DNA of 64,000 nt from an uncultured Solirubrobacteraceae bacterium (GCA_963775385.1 CAVZIR010000003.1:3218934-3282933); one strand, 5' to 3'. Counted from the stretch's first letter, positions 8,502 through 23,783 are shown. The notes: generated by a model not told the origin, from the sequence alone. Numbers and translations are program-made.

Positions 8502-9649
8502 TAGGAGGGCTGCGCGTCGACGGCGTGCCCGCCGCGCGGCCGCCCCGCCAGCGGCACGGTGAGCCGGACGATCGTGCCTTTGCCCGGCGCCCGCGTCCAC
8601 TCCAGCTCGCCGCCGACCAGCTCGGCGCGCTCGCGCATCCCGCCCGTTCCGAAGCCGCCGCCGTCCTCGCGCGGGCCGAGGCGCGTGGAGTCGGGCATGC
8701 CCTTGCCGTCGTCGATGACGCTTGCGACGACCTGGCGCTCGTCGCCGGTCAGACGGATCACTGCGTGTGTCGCCTCGGCGTGGCGGCTGACGTTCGTGAG
8801 CGCCTCCTGGACGACGCGGTAGATCGTGGACTCGAGCTCGGGGTCGAGCCGGCCGCCGCCGTTGTGGGCCTCGCCGGGGTGGAGGTCTTCGTCGCGGCCG
8901 AACTCGATCTCGGTGGTCACGTCCAGGCCGTCAATCGCCTGCGCCCGGCGCGCCAGCGCCTCCAGCGCGGCGGCAAGGCCGAGGTCGTCGAGCGCCGCGG
9001 GGCGGAGCTCGGTGATCAGGTGGCGCAGCCCGTCGATCTCGATGCCGAGTCCCTCGAGCGCCTCCTCGACCGCGGTCGCGAGGGCGTCCTTGTCGTCGAG
9101 GTTGCGCGCGTTGGCCAGCCGCATGCGCAGCGCGCCGATGCCCTGGATCGACTCGTCGTGGATCTCGCGCGCCCAGCGCGTCCGCTCGCGCTCGCGCGCC
9201 TCCATCCCGTAGCGCAGGCGTTCGATCTCGACCGAGCGCTCGGCGGCGAGGCGCACGGCCACGCTCTCGGCGAACGCTTTCAGCGCCTCGCGGTCGGGCT
9301 TGCGGAAGTTGCCGTCGCGGCGCAGCGCGATCGCAATGCCGCCGCCCTGCCCCTCCATCGAGAACGGCTCGACCATCACCGAGCGCGCTTCGAGGCCGAG
9401 TTCGTGCAGGAAGGCGGCCTCCTGGCCCCGCGGCTTGTCGATAGCGACCGACTCGCCCTGCTCATAGAGGCTTCCGAGCGCGCTGCCCTGGACGGGCGCG
9501 ATCCGCAGCCGCACGGGCCCGCCGCTGGCGCCCGCGACGCGCAGCTCGCCCTTCTCCTCGATCACCAGCAGCATGTTGCTGGCGTCCAGCAGGGCAAGCC
9601 CGCGGTCCGCCATCAGCCGAAGCAGCCAGAGCTCTGATCCGGTAAGCAC
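8498..9649 (-). CDS. Cytoplasmic GAF-containing histidine kinase (HisKA_3)
   Basis: AREIHDE, QEALTNVSRHA, DDGKG, GFGTGGMRERA. Confidence 0.9.
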   Translation of the reverse strand: MLTGSELWLLRLMADRGLALLDASNMLLVIEEKGELRVAGASGGPVRLRIAPVQGSALGSLYEQGESVAIDKPRGQEAAFLHELGLEARSVMVEPFSMEGQGGGIAIALRRDGNFRKPDREALKAFAESVAVRLAAERSVEIERLRYGMEARERERTRWAREIHDESIQGIGALRMRLANARNLDDKDALATAVEEALEGLGIEIDGLRHLITELRPAALDDLGLAAALEALARRAQAIDGLDVTTEIEFGRDEDLHPGEAHNGGGRLDPELESTIYRVVQEALTNVSRHAEATHAVIRLTGDERQVVASVIDDGKGMPDSTRLGPREDGGGFGTGGMRERAELVGGELEWTRAPGKGTIVRLTVPLAGRPRGGHAVDAQPSY

Positions 9650-9658
9650 CTCCAGGAA

Positions 9659-10287
9659 TTATGAAGGCGGCGAGGTCGGCTCCTCGGCGAACGTTCCCGT
9701 GGCCGATCGGCTTCCCGCGGCGCCGTTCTCGCCGTTGGCCGAGCGCTCGGCGGCCGCCCTCGCCCGGGTCAGCATCGTCGACGGGGTCGCGTTGGCGGTC
9801 CAGGCGACGAGCCCGACCGAGATCCGCAACGGCTCGCGCCGGCCGCGCGCTTCGACCTTGATCGCCCGCAGCCTGTCGAGCACGCGGCGCGCGACCATCT
9901 CGCCACGCGGGCTGTCGGCCCCCGGCAGGATCACAGCAGCTCGCGCTCGCTCGGCATGCCGACGCGGTCGAAGCGGCGGATCTCGCGGCTCAGCGCGCTC
10001 GCGATGTAGGCCATCGTCTGCTGCCGCAGATCCTCGACCGCGATTTCAGACGGGCTCGGCGTGCGCTCGGCGACGGCCTCCGCGCGCTGCCCCTCGCCGG
10101 CCATCTCCTCGAGGTCCTCGACGACGACCAGCAGGCAGCTCAGCTGCGTGCCGTGCCGTTCGGCGCGGCCGATCTCCTCGAGCAGCCGCGCGTCCAGCGC
10201 CGCGGCCCCGGGCCACTCGAGGGCGTCCAACGGGCGCCGGCCCTCACGCGCGCTCTCGATGCTCGAAGTGTCTTCGCCGGCAGCCAT
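9659..10287 (-). CDS. Degenerate GGDEF-domain protein (frameshift ~9932)
   Basis: EEIGRAERHG..LSCLLV, IRRFD, ILPGAD, LRISVGLVA; no GGDEF motif. Confidence 0.7.
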
Positions 10288-10421
10288 GCCCTCGTCGCTT
10301 CCGCTGTGTACGGGCGGCCGGTATCCGTTCCGGCCTCCCCGGATTATGCACCCGCCGGGGGCCGATGACCAGGGTTGCGCGCCGGCGATCCGTCGGCTGC
10401 CGTTGCTAGACCTGGGCTCCC

Positions 10422-12124
10422 GTGCTGCGAGAGCTGACAGTCGAGAACCTCCTGCTGATCGAGCGCGCGCGCCTGCGCGCCGGCCCTGGGCTGAACGTGA
10501 TCACGGGCGAGACGGGGGCGGGGAAGACCGTGCTCGCCCACGCGCTCGACCTCCTGCTCGGCGGCAGGGCGCGCGCCGGGATCGTCCGCCCCGGCGCCGC
10601 AAGAGGCCTATGTCGAGGGCATCTTCGACCTCCCGGACGAGCTGCGCTCGCGGCTGCCTGCGGAGCTGGCCGAGCGGGTCGACGGCGGCGATGCCGAGAT
10701 CGTGCTGGCGCGCCGGCTGGGCGCCGACGGGCGCACCCGCGCCTACGTCAACGGCCGCGCGGCGAACGTCGCCGACCTGCGCGACGCGGGCGGCCTGCTG
10801 CTGTCGTTCTACGGCCAGCACGAGCACCGCAAGCTGATGCTCGCCGCCGCGCAGCTCCAGATCCTCGACGCGCTGTGCGGGCCCGCCCACGAGCGGCAGG
10901 CTGGCCTCCTGCGCGCAGACGTACGCCCGGGCGCGCGAGCTGGACGAGCGCCTGGCAGAGCTGCGCGAGCTTGCCGCGCACCGCGAGCGCGAGCTGGGGC
11001 TGCTGGAGTTCGAGCTCGGCGAGATCGAGGAGCTCGCCCCGGACGCCGAGGAGCACGAGCGGCTGCTGGCGGCGCGCGAGCGGCTGCGCCACGCCGACGC
11101 CCTGCAGGGGGCGGCCGCGAGCCGCCGCGCAGGCGCTGAGCGGCGAGGACGGCGAGACGCGCGGCGCGGCCGAGCTGCTGGCGGGTGGCGTCGGCCTCGC
11201 TCGACGGGGTCGACCGGCGCCGATCCGGCGCTCGACCGCCTCGCCGAGCGGCTCTGCGGGCGGCCGCGATCGAGACCCAGGAGCTGGCGGGGGAGCTGCG
11301 CGAGTACGGCGCCGGCAGCGGCGAGGATCTCGACGTACCGGGCGTCGAGCCGACGCTCGAGTCCGTCGAAGCGCGGCTCGAGGCCCTCGACCGCGTGCTG
11401 CGAAAGCACGGCGGCAGCGTCGACGCCGTGCTCGAGTTCGCCGCGACGGCGCGCGCACGCCACGAGGAGCTGGCCGGCGCCGAGGTCGCGATCGAGAGCG
11501 CCGAGCGCGAGCTCGCGCAGGCGCGCGCGGATCTGGACGGCCACGCCGCCGCGCTGCGCGCCGCGCGGCGGCAAAGCCGCGCCCCGCTTCGCCAAGGCGG
11601 TCGTCGGGCAGCTGCGCTCGCTGGCGATGGAGGACGCGAACTTCGCCGTCGAGCTGGGCGAGGCGGAGCCGGGGCCGCGCGGCGCAGACGCCGTCGAGTT
11701 CATGATCGCCCCCAACCCCGGCGTCCCTCCGGGACCGCTGCGCGAGATCGCCTCGGGCGGAGAGCTCTCGCGGGTGATGCTCGCGATCATGAGCGCGGCA
11801 AGCGCCGCGGCGCCCCAGGCGACGCTCGTCTTCGACGAGGTGGATGCCGGCATCGGCGGGCGCACGGCGAACGCAGTCGGCGCGCGGCTGCGTGAGCTGG
11901 GGGAGCGCGGGCAGGTGCTCTGCATCACCCATCTGCCTCAGATCGCCTCGCTCGGAGCGCGGCATTTCTCGATCGTCAAGGACACCGGCGCCGATCCCAC
12001 GCGGGCGTCCGTGGTCGAGCTCGACGAGCCCCAGGTCGTCTCCGAGCTCGTGCGGATGCTCGGCGCGGATGGCGACGACAGCGCCGCGCACCGTCACGCG
12101 CGAGATCTGCGCAAAGCCGCCTGA
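10422..12124 (+). CDS. recN: DNA repair protein RecN (multiple frameshifts)
   Basis: ITGETGAGKT, FYGQHEH, ASGGELSRVML, FDEVDAGIGG, ITHLPQIA across frames. Confidence 0.93.
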
Positions 12125-12228
12125 GGCGCTCACTTCCTCGAGCGGTACGGCGGAGCGCGGCTCGCACCGTCGCGCGAGGGCCCGCCCGGGCGCCGCCTGC
12201 TGGCGCGGCGCACGTTACCCTCGGCTCA

Positions 12229-13512
12229 ATGGCCGCGACGAGACCCAGCCGTCCCGCGGGGGGTTCTGGCTCCCGAACGACCGCGCCGCCGCCTGCCCGG
12301 ACGCCCGCGCCGGAGCTGCTCCTCCCCGGCATGCCCGAGGTTGCGGGCGCGGTCCGCCCCGGACGGCGCACGAAGCTGCTCGTCAAGCACCTCGTGCCCG
12401 GCGACATCGCCCTGATCGACCACCTCGACATCGACCGCGTCTCGGCCGAGGAGCTGATCGCCGCGGAGGTGGTGGCGGTCGTCAACTGCCGCGCCTCCTC
12501 CAGCGGCACCTACCCGAACCTCGGCCCGCTGCTGCTGGTCGAAGCCGGGATCCTGCTCGTGGACATGCCCGACGACGGGTTGTTCGACCTCCTCTCCGAC
12601 GGCGACCCGCTCGTGCTCGTGCCGCGGCCCGGCCCGGAGGAGGACGGACCGGCCGGCTTCCCGGTCCGGATGGAGGCGGAGGTGCTGCGCCGCTCCGAGC
12701 GCCTCGGGCGCGGCGCGGTGCTCGACCTGGCGCGGGTGCGCTCGGACACCGAGGCGCGCCGGCGGGAGGTCGGCGAGGCACTCGAGCGCTTCGCCAGCAA
12801 CACGATCGAGCACATGCTCGAGGAGCGCGAACTGCTGACCGGCCGGATCGCCCTGCCGCGCTTCCAGACCGACTTCCGCGACCGCTCGACGCTGCTGGTC
12901 GTGCGCGGCGTCGAGCACCAGCGCGACCTGCGGGCCCTGCGCCCGTTCATCCGCGACAAGCGGCCGCTGATCGTCGCCGTCGACGGCGGCGCCGACGCCG
13001 TGCTCGAGGCCGGGCTGACGCCGGACATGATCGTCGGCGACATGGACTCGGCGGGCGCGGCGGCGCTCTCCTGCGGCGCGGAGCTCGTCGTCCACGCCTA
13101 TCCCGACGGCCGGGCGCCGGGGCGCGAGCGCCTGGAGGAGCTCGGGCTTCCCTTCAAGCTCGTGCCGGCGCCGGGGACGAGCCAGGACGTCGCGATGCTG
13201 ATCGCCGCCGAGAAGGGGGCGCGCCTGATCGTCTCCGTCGGCTCGCAGTTCAACCTCGTCGAGTTCCTCGACCGCAACCGCAAAGGCATGTCCTCGACGT
13301 TCCTCACGCGCCTGCGCGTGGGCGAGATCCTCGTCGACGCGAAGGGGGTCAGCCGCCTCTACCAGCCCCGTCCCGGCATCGCCCCGCTGCTGGTCGTGAT
13401 CGCGGCGGGCCTGATCGCGATGGTCGCTGTGATCTGGGCTACGCCCGCGTTGCACGACGTCGCCGAACTGGTGTGGTTGAAGCTGCAGGCGCTGTTCGGC
13501 GCGCACTCCTGA
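12229..13512 (+). CDS. steA: SteA-like protein (thiamine pyrophosphokinase-like domain)
   Basis: DHLDIDRVSAE, SSGTYPNLGP, VDGGADA, GMSSTFLTRL; follows recN. Confidence 0.85.
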   Translation: MAATRPSRPAGGSGSRTTAPPPARTPAPELLLPGMPEVAGAVRPGRRTKLLVKHLVPGDIALIDHLDIDRVSAEELIAAEVVAVVNCRASSSGTYPNLGPLLLVEAGILLVDMPDDGLFDLLSDGDPLVLVPRPGPEEDGPAGFPVRMEAEVLRRSERLGRGAVLDLARVRSDTEARRREVGEALERFASNTIEHMLEERELLTGRIALPRFQTDFRDRSTLLVVRGVEHQRDLRALRPFIRDKRPLIVAVDGGADAVLEAGLTPDMIVGDMDSAGAAALSCGAELVVHAYPDGRAPGRERLEELGLPFKLVPAPGTSQDVAMLIAAEKGARLIVSVGSQFNLVEFLDRNRKGMSSTFLTRLRVGEILVDAKGVSRLYQPRPGIAPLLVVIAAGLIAMVAVIWATPALHDVAELVWLKLQALFGAHS

Positions 13513-13540
13513 GCGCCGGGCCCGTGCTCACCCGCTGACG

Positions 13541-14434
13541 ATGTTCGACTACCGCTACCACGCCCTGTCCCTCGCCGCCGTCCTGTTCGCGCTGGCACTC
13601 GGCGTGCTGATCGGCGTCGCGATCGGCGACACGAACCTCGTCTCCTCGGCCAAGAGCGGGATCGTCCACAACCTCAACGCGGAAGTCGGCGAAGCCCGCC
13701 AGCAGGCCGACACGCTGCAGGACAAGCTGTCCGCCGAGGAAGAGTTCTCGCACGGGCTGTACCCGCTCGCCGTGCACGAACTCCTCAACGGCCGCAGCAT
13801 CGGGCTCGTGTTCCTGGGCAGCGCCTCGAACGAAATCAACTCGCTCGTCAAGACCGCGGTGACGCAGGGCGACGGCACGCTCGCGACGGTCGTCGCGGTG
13901 CGCACACCGCTCAACCTGACCGGGATCGCGCGCGAGGCCGCCGGGACCCACTACGCGGCGCTGAACGAATCGCCGGCGCTGCTCGAACACTTCGGAGAGC
14001 TGATGGGGCGCCAGCTCGTCAGCGGCGGCCAGCGCGTCGATCAGGAGCTGCTCAGCCGCGTCCGCGGCAGCCTGCTGAGCGCCTTCGACGGGCAGCTCAC
14101 CCACCTCGAAGGGGTCGTGATCGCCCGCAGCCCGGCGCCCGAACCGATCAGCGCCGAACAGGCCGAAGCCGAAAGCCGCTTCGAGGCCGGCCTGATCGCC
14201 GGGGTGTCCGCGGCCGGCGTGCGCGCGGTCGGCGTCGAGATGACGAGCTCGACGCCCTCGCAGATCCCTTGGTTCAAGGGGCACAAGCTCTCGAGCGTCG
14301 ACAACCTCGACGACCAGGCCGGCCAGGCGGCACTCCTCTACGCGTTGGCCGGGTACTCCGGCAGCTTCGGGGTCAAGGCGACCGCAGACTCGCTCCTGCC
14401 GACCGTCAACTCGAGCGCGAGCAGCGGTCCGTAG
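13541..14434 (+). CDS. SteB/MctB (DUF3186) family protein
   Basis: MFDYRYHALSLAAVLFALALGVLIG N-terminus; SSVDNLD motif. Confidence 0.85.
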   Translation: MFDYRYHALSLAAVLFALALGVLIGVAIGDTNLVSSAKSGIVHNLNAEVGEARQQADTLQDKLSAEEEFSHGLYPLAVHELLNGRSIGLVFLGSASNEINSLVKTAVTQGDGTLATVVAVRTPLNLTGIAREAAGTHYAALNESPALLEHFGELMGRQLVSGGQRVDQELLSRVRGSLLSAFDGQLTHLEGVVIARSPAPEPISAEQAEAESRFEAGLIAGVSAAGVRAVGVEMTSSTPSQIPWFKGHKLSSVDNLDDQAGQAALLYALAGYSGSFGVKATADSLLPTVNSSASSGP

Positions 14435-14528
14435 GGCCGCGCGCCCTGTCGTGAGGAGCGGGCGCCGCGACGCCGGCAGGGCATCTGCGCGGGGGCGAGC
14501 GGGCGTCCGCTCCCGCCGCTAGCTTCGG

Positions 14529-18328
<3,800 letters not shown>

Positions 18329-18340
18329 CGTCCTGGCGAG

Positions 18341-19622
18341 ATGCTCAAGCTGCGCCGCGCCACCGTGATCGACGCCTCCCCGCCCGCCGGCGCGGAGACC
18401 GGCGAGCAACGCCTGACGGTGAGGCTCGCAGCGCTCGACCCAGCGCCCGGCGGCGCCTCCGATGCCCCGCCGGAGAACCGCCCGGCGATCGCGGACATCG
18501 CGATTGTGGGCCCCTCGCACCCCGGCGACGAGGTGATCGTGAACGTCGAGGCGCTCGATCTCGGGCTCGGTTCCGGCGGCTTCGACGTGGTGCACGCCAA
18601 CCTCACGCGCGGCCTGCAGTCCCCCGGCGCCGGCTCGCGCAACGTCATGAAGCTCAACTACACGAGCCTGCAGCACACCGTGGAGCCGGTCGAGACGGTC
18701 GGTCCGCAGTCGCTGGAGCTGCCGCTGAGCAGGCCGGTCGCGGTGCTCTCGCTCCACGGCCAGCTCGCCCCGGTCGCCTGGGCCTACGCGCAGGCCAACC
18801 CGGGCGCACGGCTCGGCTACGTCCAGACGCCCGGCGGCGCGCTGCCGGGCGGGCACTCGCGGACCGTCGCCGCCCTGCGCCGCGAGGGCATGCTGGCCGG
18901 ACACGTGACCGCCGGGCCAGCCTACGGGGGCGAGCTCGAGGCGGTGAGCGTGGCCGGAGCCCTCCACCACGGCATCGGCGTGCTCGGCTGGGACGCCGCC
19001 GTCGTCGGCCCGGGCCCCGGCATCGTCGGCTCGAGCTCGCGGCTCGGCCACGGCGGCATGGCGGCGCTCGACAGCGCCCATGTCGCGCTCGCGCTCGGCT
19101 GCCCGGCGCTGCTGGTCGCGCGCATGTCCTCCGCGGACAGCCGCGACCGCCACCGCGGCATCTCTCACCACACCCTCACCGTCCTGGAGCTTCTGCTCGA
19201 GCCCGTGACCGTGGCCCTGCCCGCCGGGATGCGCTCGCCCGTCGGCTCCGACCTGCGCGCCGGCCTCGGCGCGGTGTTCGGCGGCGCGTCCGCGGCGCGC
19301 CCGACGCCGGCGCTGGACGTCGAGCGCCCGGTGCGGATCACGCGCCACGACTGGCGGCGCGCGGAGGTGGACCTGCCGGCGTACGCGGCGAGCGGACTGC
19401 CGGCCGAGACGATGGGCCGCAGCCTCGCGGAGGACCCGCTCTTCTTCGGCGCCGCCCTGGCGGGCGGGGCGGCCCTTGCAGAGCTGGTCCCGCTCGAGGA
19501 CATCGGAGGCCGGCCCGGCGCTCCATGCCGGCCCGGGCGAGGCCGGCCCGGCGCTCCATGCCGGCCCGGGCGAGGAATCGGGGGCCGGGCCGCTCCATGC
19601 CGGCCCGGGCGAGGCGGCTTGA
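18341..19622 (+). CDS. DUF3866 family protein
   Basis: LGLGSGG, MKLNYTSLQ, SLHGQL, RHRGISHH, TMGRSLAEDPLFF; end inferred at the TTGA overlap. Confidence 0.8.
19508..19612. repeat. 33-bp tandem repeat, about 3 copies
   Basis: GGCCGGCCCGGCGCTCCATGCCGGCCCGGGCGA at 19508 and 19541, variant copy at 19574. Confidence 0.85.
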
Positions 19623-20158
19623 GCTCGCCGCGGGCCTTCGAGGCGCTCGGCGGGGAGACCGTGTACCGGGGGCGCCTGGTGGACGTGCGCATCGAGCGCT
19701 TCCGCCACGCCGACGGGGAAGAGGTGACGCGGGAGATCGTCCGTCACGCCGGCGCGGTCGGCATGCTCGCCTACGACGAGAACGAGCTCTGGCTGGTCCG
19801 CCAGCCGCGCGAGGCGGTCGGCGAGCCGGACCTTCTCGAGATCCCTGCGGGGCGGCTCGACAAGGCCCGAGAGGACCCGCTCGACGCCGCCAAGCGCGAG
19901 CTGGCCGAGGAGATCGGCCGCGCCGCCGAGAGCTGGGAGCCGATCGTCACCTACTACAGCGGGGCGGGCTTCACGGACGAGCGCGTGCACCTGTTCGCTG
20001 CGACCGGGCTGTCCGAGGCGAGTGCGGACAGCGGCGAGCAGGAGCGGATCGAGGTCGTGCGCCTGCCCCTGGCTGAGCTGGGCGCCGCGATCGAGGAGTG
20101 CCGCGACGCGAAGACGCTGATCGCGCTCTACTGGCTCGCCCGGCGCCTGAACGCCTGA
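19619..20158 (+). CDS. NUDIX hydrolase (ADP-ribose pyrophosphatase-like)
   Basis: EIPAGRLD...AAKRELAEEIG Nudix box; DAKTLIAL. Confidence 0.88.
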   Translation: MSSPRAFEALGGETVYRGRLVDVRIERFRHADGEEVTREIVRHAGAVGMLAYDENELWLVRQPREAVGEPDLLEIPAGRLDKAREDPLDAAKRELAEEIGRAAESWEPIVTYYSGAGFTDERVHLFAATGLSEASADSGEQERIEVVRLPLAELGAAIEECRDAKTLIALYWLARRLNA

Positions 20159-20201
20159 TTGCACCCCGAGGAGCGGCGGCCGGCGGGGCGAAGCTGTCGG
20201 G

Positions 20202-21300
20202 GTGGCCCTGCCAGAGACGATTGCTGCCGATGCCGCCGTTGCTGCCGATGCTGCCGGCGCGGAAGGCCGCGCACGCGTGCAGGACGGCGCGCGCGCGGCC
20301 GCGCCGGCGCCGGGCGCCTCGGAGCGGCTCGTGGGCGACTTCCTCGCCTACCTGGAGCTCGAGCGCGGCCTCTCGCGCAACACGCTGGACGCCTACCGCT
20401 CGGACCTCCAGCAGCTCTGCGCGTACCTGGATCGGCAGGGCCTGACGGTCGAGGAGGCGACGCACGGCGATCTCGCGGCGTTCCTCGACGAGCTGGCAGA
20501 GGGCGGTGCCGGCCGCCCGCCGGTGGCCGCGACGACGCTCGGGCGCAAGGTCGCGTGCCTGCGCTCGTTCTACCGGCACCTGCGGCGCGAGGAGCTGATC
20601 GAGCACGACCCCACCGCCGACCTGCACGGGCCGAGGAAGCCCAAGCGCCTGCCGCAGGTCCTGACGCGGGAGGAGGTGCGGCGGCTGCTCGAGCAGCCGA
20701 GGGGATCGAGCCCGCTCGCCCAGCGCGACCGGGCGCTGCTCGAGGTGATGTACGCGTGCGGCCTGAGGGCCTCGGAGGCGGTGTCCCTGGAGCTGGGCGA
20801 CCTCGACCTGGAGGAGGGGCTCCTGCGCACGCGCGGCAAGGGCTCGAAGGAGCGGATCGTCCCGGTCGGCCGCCAGGCGCTCGCCGCCCTTTCGGTCTAT
20901 CTCCGCAGCGGCCGCCCAGACCTAGTCGGCAACCGGCCCCAGTCGCGGCTGCTCGTCAACCACCGTGGCGGCGCGCTCACGCGGCAGGGGCTCTACAAGA
21001 TCGTGCAGGGCCACGCGCGGGCGGCGGGCCTGGCAGAGCGCATGAGCCCGCACACGCTTGCGCCACAGCTTCGCCACGCACCTGCTCGCGGGCGGCTGCG
21101 ACCTGCGCTCGCTGCAGGAGATGCTCGGCCACGCCGATCTCGCCACGACGCAGGTTTACACCCACCTCTCCGCCGAGCGGCTCAAGGATGCGTATTTCGG
21201 AGCGCATCCGCGGGCCACCGCCCGCCGTCCCGGAGAGGCGGCGTCCGAGCAGGCGATCACAGGCCCTCCGTCGCCGCCGGTCGCAACCGCCGACCGGTAG
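20202..21300 (+). CDS. xerD: Tyrosine recombinase XerD (frameshift ~21058)
   Basis: [48 protein letters not shown]. Confidence 0.92.
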
Positions 21301-21310
21301 AGGACCGCCG

Positions 21311-22495
21311 ATGAGCGCCCGCCGGCACGACGAGCCTTCGTGCTCGTGATCGACGCGTGCGGCGCCGGCGCCCTGCCGGACGCGGCGGCGTACGGCGACG
21401 CGGGGACGAACACGTTGAGCCACCTCGCCGAGGCGGCCGGCGGGCTGAGGCTGCCCGTGATGGGGACGCTCGGGCTCGGGTCGATCACCACGATCGAGGG
21501 CGTGCCGCCGGCGACGGACCCCGCCGTGCACGGGCGCCTGGTCCCGCTGGGGCCCGGCAAGGACTCGATCACCGGGCACTGGGAGCTGATGGGTGTGACG
21601 CTCGGCGCGCCTCTGCCGACCTACCCCGGCGGCTTCCCGGCGCCGCTGGTCGAGCGCCTCGTGGCCGCGATGGGCAGGAACGTGATCTGCAACCGCCCGG
21701 ACAACGGCCTCGCCGCGATCGAGCAGTTCGGTGAGGAGCACCTGCGCAGCGGGGCGCTGATCCTCTACACCTCGCAGGATTCGGTCGCTCAGCTGGCAGG
21801 CCACGTCGATGCGGTCGGCGAAGCGGAGCTGTATGAGCTGTGCGCGCGGGCGCGCGAGGTGCTGAGCGGGCCCGATGGCGTCGGGCGGGTGATCGCGCGG
21901 CCGTTCGCCGGGCGCCCCGGTGCCTTCGAGCGCACGCAGGGGCGGCGCGACTTCTCGCTCGACGCCACCCGCGCGCAGCTACCTCGACGAAGTCGAGGGC
22001 GCGGGGCTGCCGGTCACGGGCGTGGGCAAGATCGGAGACCTGTTCGCGGGGCGGGGGGTGACGAGCTCGCTGCCGGGTGCGACCAACGCGCAGGCGCTCG
22101 GCTCGATCGCCGGGCTGGCACGCGAGATGCCCGCCGGGCTCGCGTTCGCGAACCTGATCGAGACCGACCAGCGCTACGGGCACCGCAAGGACGTGCCGGG
22201 CTTCGCGCGCGCGCTCGAGGAGATCGACGCGCGCGTGGGGGAGCTCGCGGCGTCGTTGCGCGAGGACGATCTGCTGATCGTCACCGGCGACCACGGCGTC
22301 GACCCGCTGCACCCCGGCACCGATCACACGCGCGAGAGCGTGCCGCTCCTGGCGCTGACCGGAGAGATGTCACGGCGCCGGCCGCGCGGCGGCTTCCGCC
22401 ACGACGGCGCGATGGCCGACGTGGGCGCGAGCGTGCTGCGCTGGCTGACCGGGCAGGTCGCGCCGGAGCTGCCAGGGCGCACGTTCCTAAGCTGA
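21311..22495 (+). CDS. deoB: Phosphopentomutase (frameshifted)
   Basis: VIDACGAGALPDA, GKDSITGHWE, YGHRKD, GDHGVDP, DHTRE. Confidence 0.92.
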
Positions 22496-22501
22496 GTCGG
22501 C

Positions 22502-23448
22502 ATGCCGGAGCTTCCCGAGGTCGAGACGATCGTCCGCCAGCTCGCGCCCGTGGTCCAGGGGCGCCGGATCGAGCGAATCGAGATCGACGATCCGCGCTGG
22601 ATCCGGCCGCTGGCGCCGGCGGAGCTCGAGGACGCGCTGCGCGGGCGGCTGATCGAGCGGCTCGACCGGCGGGGCAAGTACCTGCTCTGGCACCTGGAGG
22701 GCGACGTGCATCTGGCCCAGCACCTGCGGATGACCGGGCTCGGTGCTGGCGGACCCCACGGAGGAGCCCCGGCACGTGCGCGTGAGGATGGAGCTCGGCC
22801 CGCTCGGGCGGCCGAAGGACGGCTCGGCCCCGGCTCTCGCACGCCGGGCAGGGCGTGTCCGGCTCGTGATCGACGATCCGCGGCGCTTCGGCACCGGCGA
22901 GCTGCTGCTCGGGTCAGAGGCGCTTGACGCAGTTCCTCGACGAAAGGCTCGGGCTGGAGCCGTTCGACGAGGGCTTCACGAGCGAGCATCTGCGCGAAGC
23001 GCTCCGCGGCCGTCGCGCGCCGATCAAGGCGGTGCTGCTCGACCAGCGGACGATCGCGGGTGTCGGGAACATCTACGCCGACGAGGCGCTGTTCCGCGCG
23101 GGCATCCACCCGCTGCGCGAGGCGGGCAAGCTGACGAGGACGCAGGTCGAGCGGCTGCGCGAGGGGATCGTCGCCTCGCTGCAGGCGGGGATCGACGCGC
23201 GCGGCGCGAGCATCGACGACTTCAAGGACATCGACGGGGTCAAAGGCTCCTTCCAGAACCGCTTCCTGGTGCACCTGCGCGAGGGCGAGCCGTGCCCGGT
23301 GTGCGGCGGAACGGTCAGGAAGATGTTCGTCGCCGGGCGGGGGACCTACGTCTGCGAGCGCTGCCAGCCGCGGCCGCGCCGAAGGGCCGTCAGGCCGCCA
23401 GGAGCTCGTCCAGATGGCCGTCCTCCTCGGCGGCGAGCAGCTCGCTGA
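22502..23448 (+). CDS. mutM: Formamidopyrimidine-DNA glycosylase (frameshifted)
   Basis: MPELPEVET, RRGKYL, HLRMTG, GVGNIYADE, CPVC...CERCQ. Confidence 0.93.
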
Positions 23449-23644
23449 AGCCGCCGATCAGGCGCTCGCCGACGACCACCTGGGGGAAGCTCATCATGCC
23501 GGTCTTCTGGGCGAGCGCGAGACGACCCTCGGGGTCCTTGGAGAGGTTGACCTCCTCGAACTCGACGCCGCGCGAGGCGAGCAGGCCCTTGACGCGCGCG
23601 CAGAAGGAGCATGGATCGGTGGTGTAGACGGTTACGACAGCCAT
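23390..23644 (-). CDS. Glutaredoxin
   Basis: CSFC, SFPQV, IGGF motifs. Confidence 0.88.
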   Translation of the reverse strand: MAVVTVYTTDPCSFCARVKGLLASRGVEFEEVNLSKDPEGRLALAQKTGMMSFPQVVVGERLIGGFSELLAAEEDGHLDELLAA

Positions 23645-23783
23645 TACTTCATAAAGTATAGCGGGGGACCGGGATCTTGAATAGAGGGTGGGCTTCACGC
23701 GTTGCCGGCTGCGGGCGCGCAGTGGCGCCAAGCGCGGCGAGCGCGCGGTGTCCTGCGGGCGCGAGCCTAGACTCGTTGACAGG

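Noticed and set aside
19508-19612. CRISPR array
   Set aside because: Units are contiguous without unique spacers and there are no cas genes; same applies to 59912-59980
18341-20158. DUF3866-NUDIX fusion
   Set aside because: TTGA at 19619-19622 is a classic start/stop overlap; an indel in the GC-rich repeat is the simpler explanation
20202-21300. Prophage or island integrase
   Set aside because: Sequence and NUDIX-xerD-deoB context indicate housekeeping XerD
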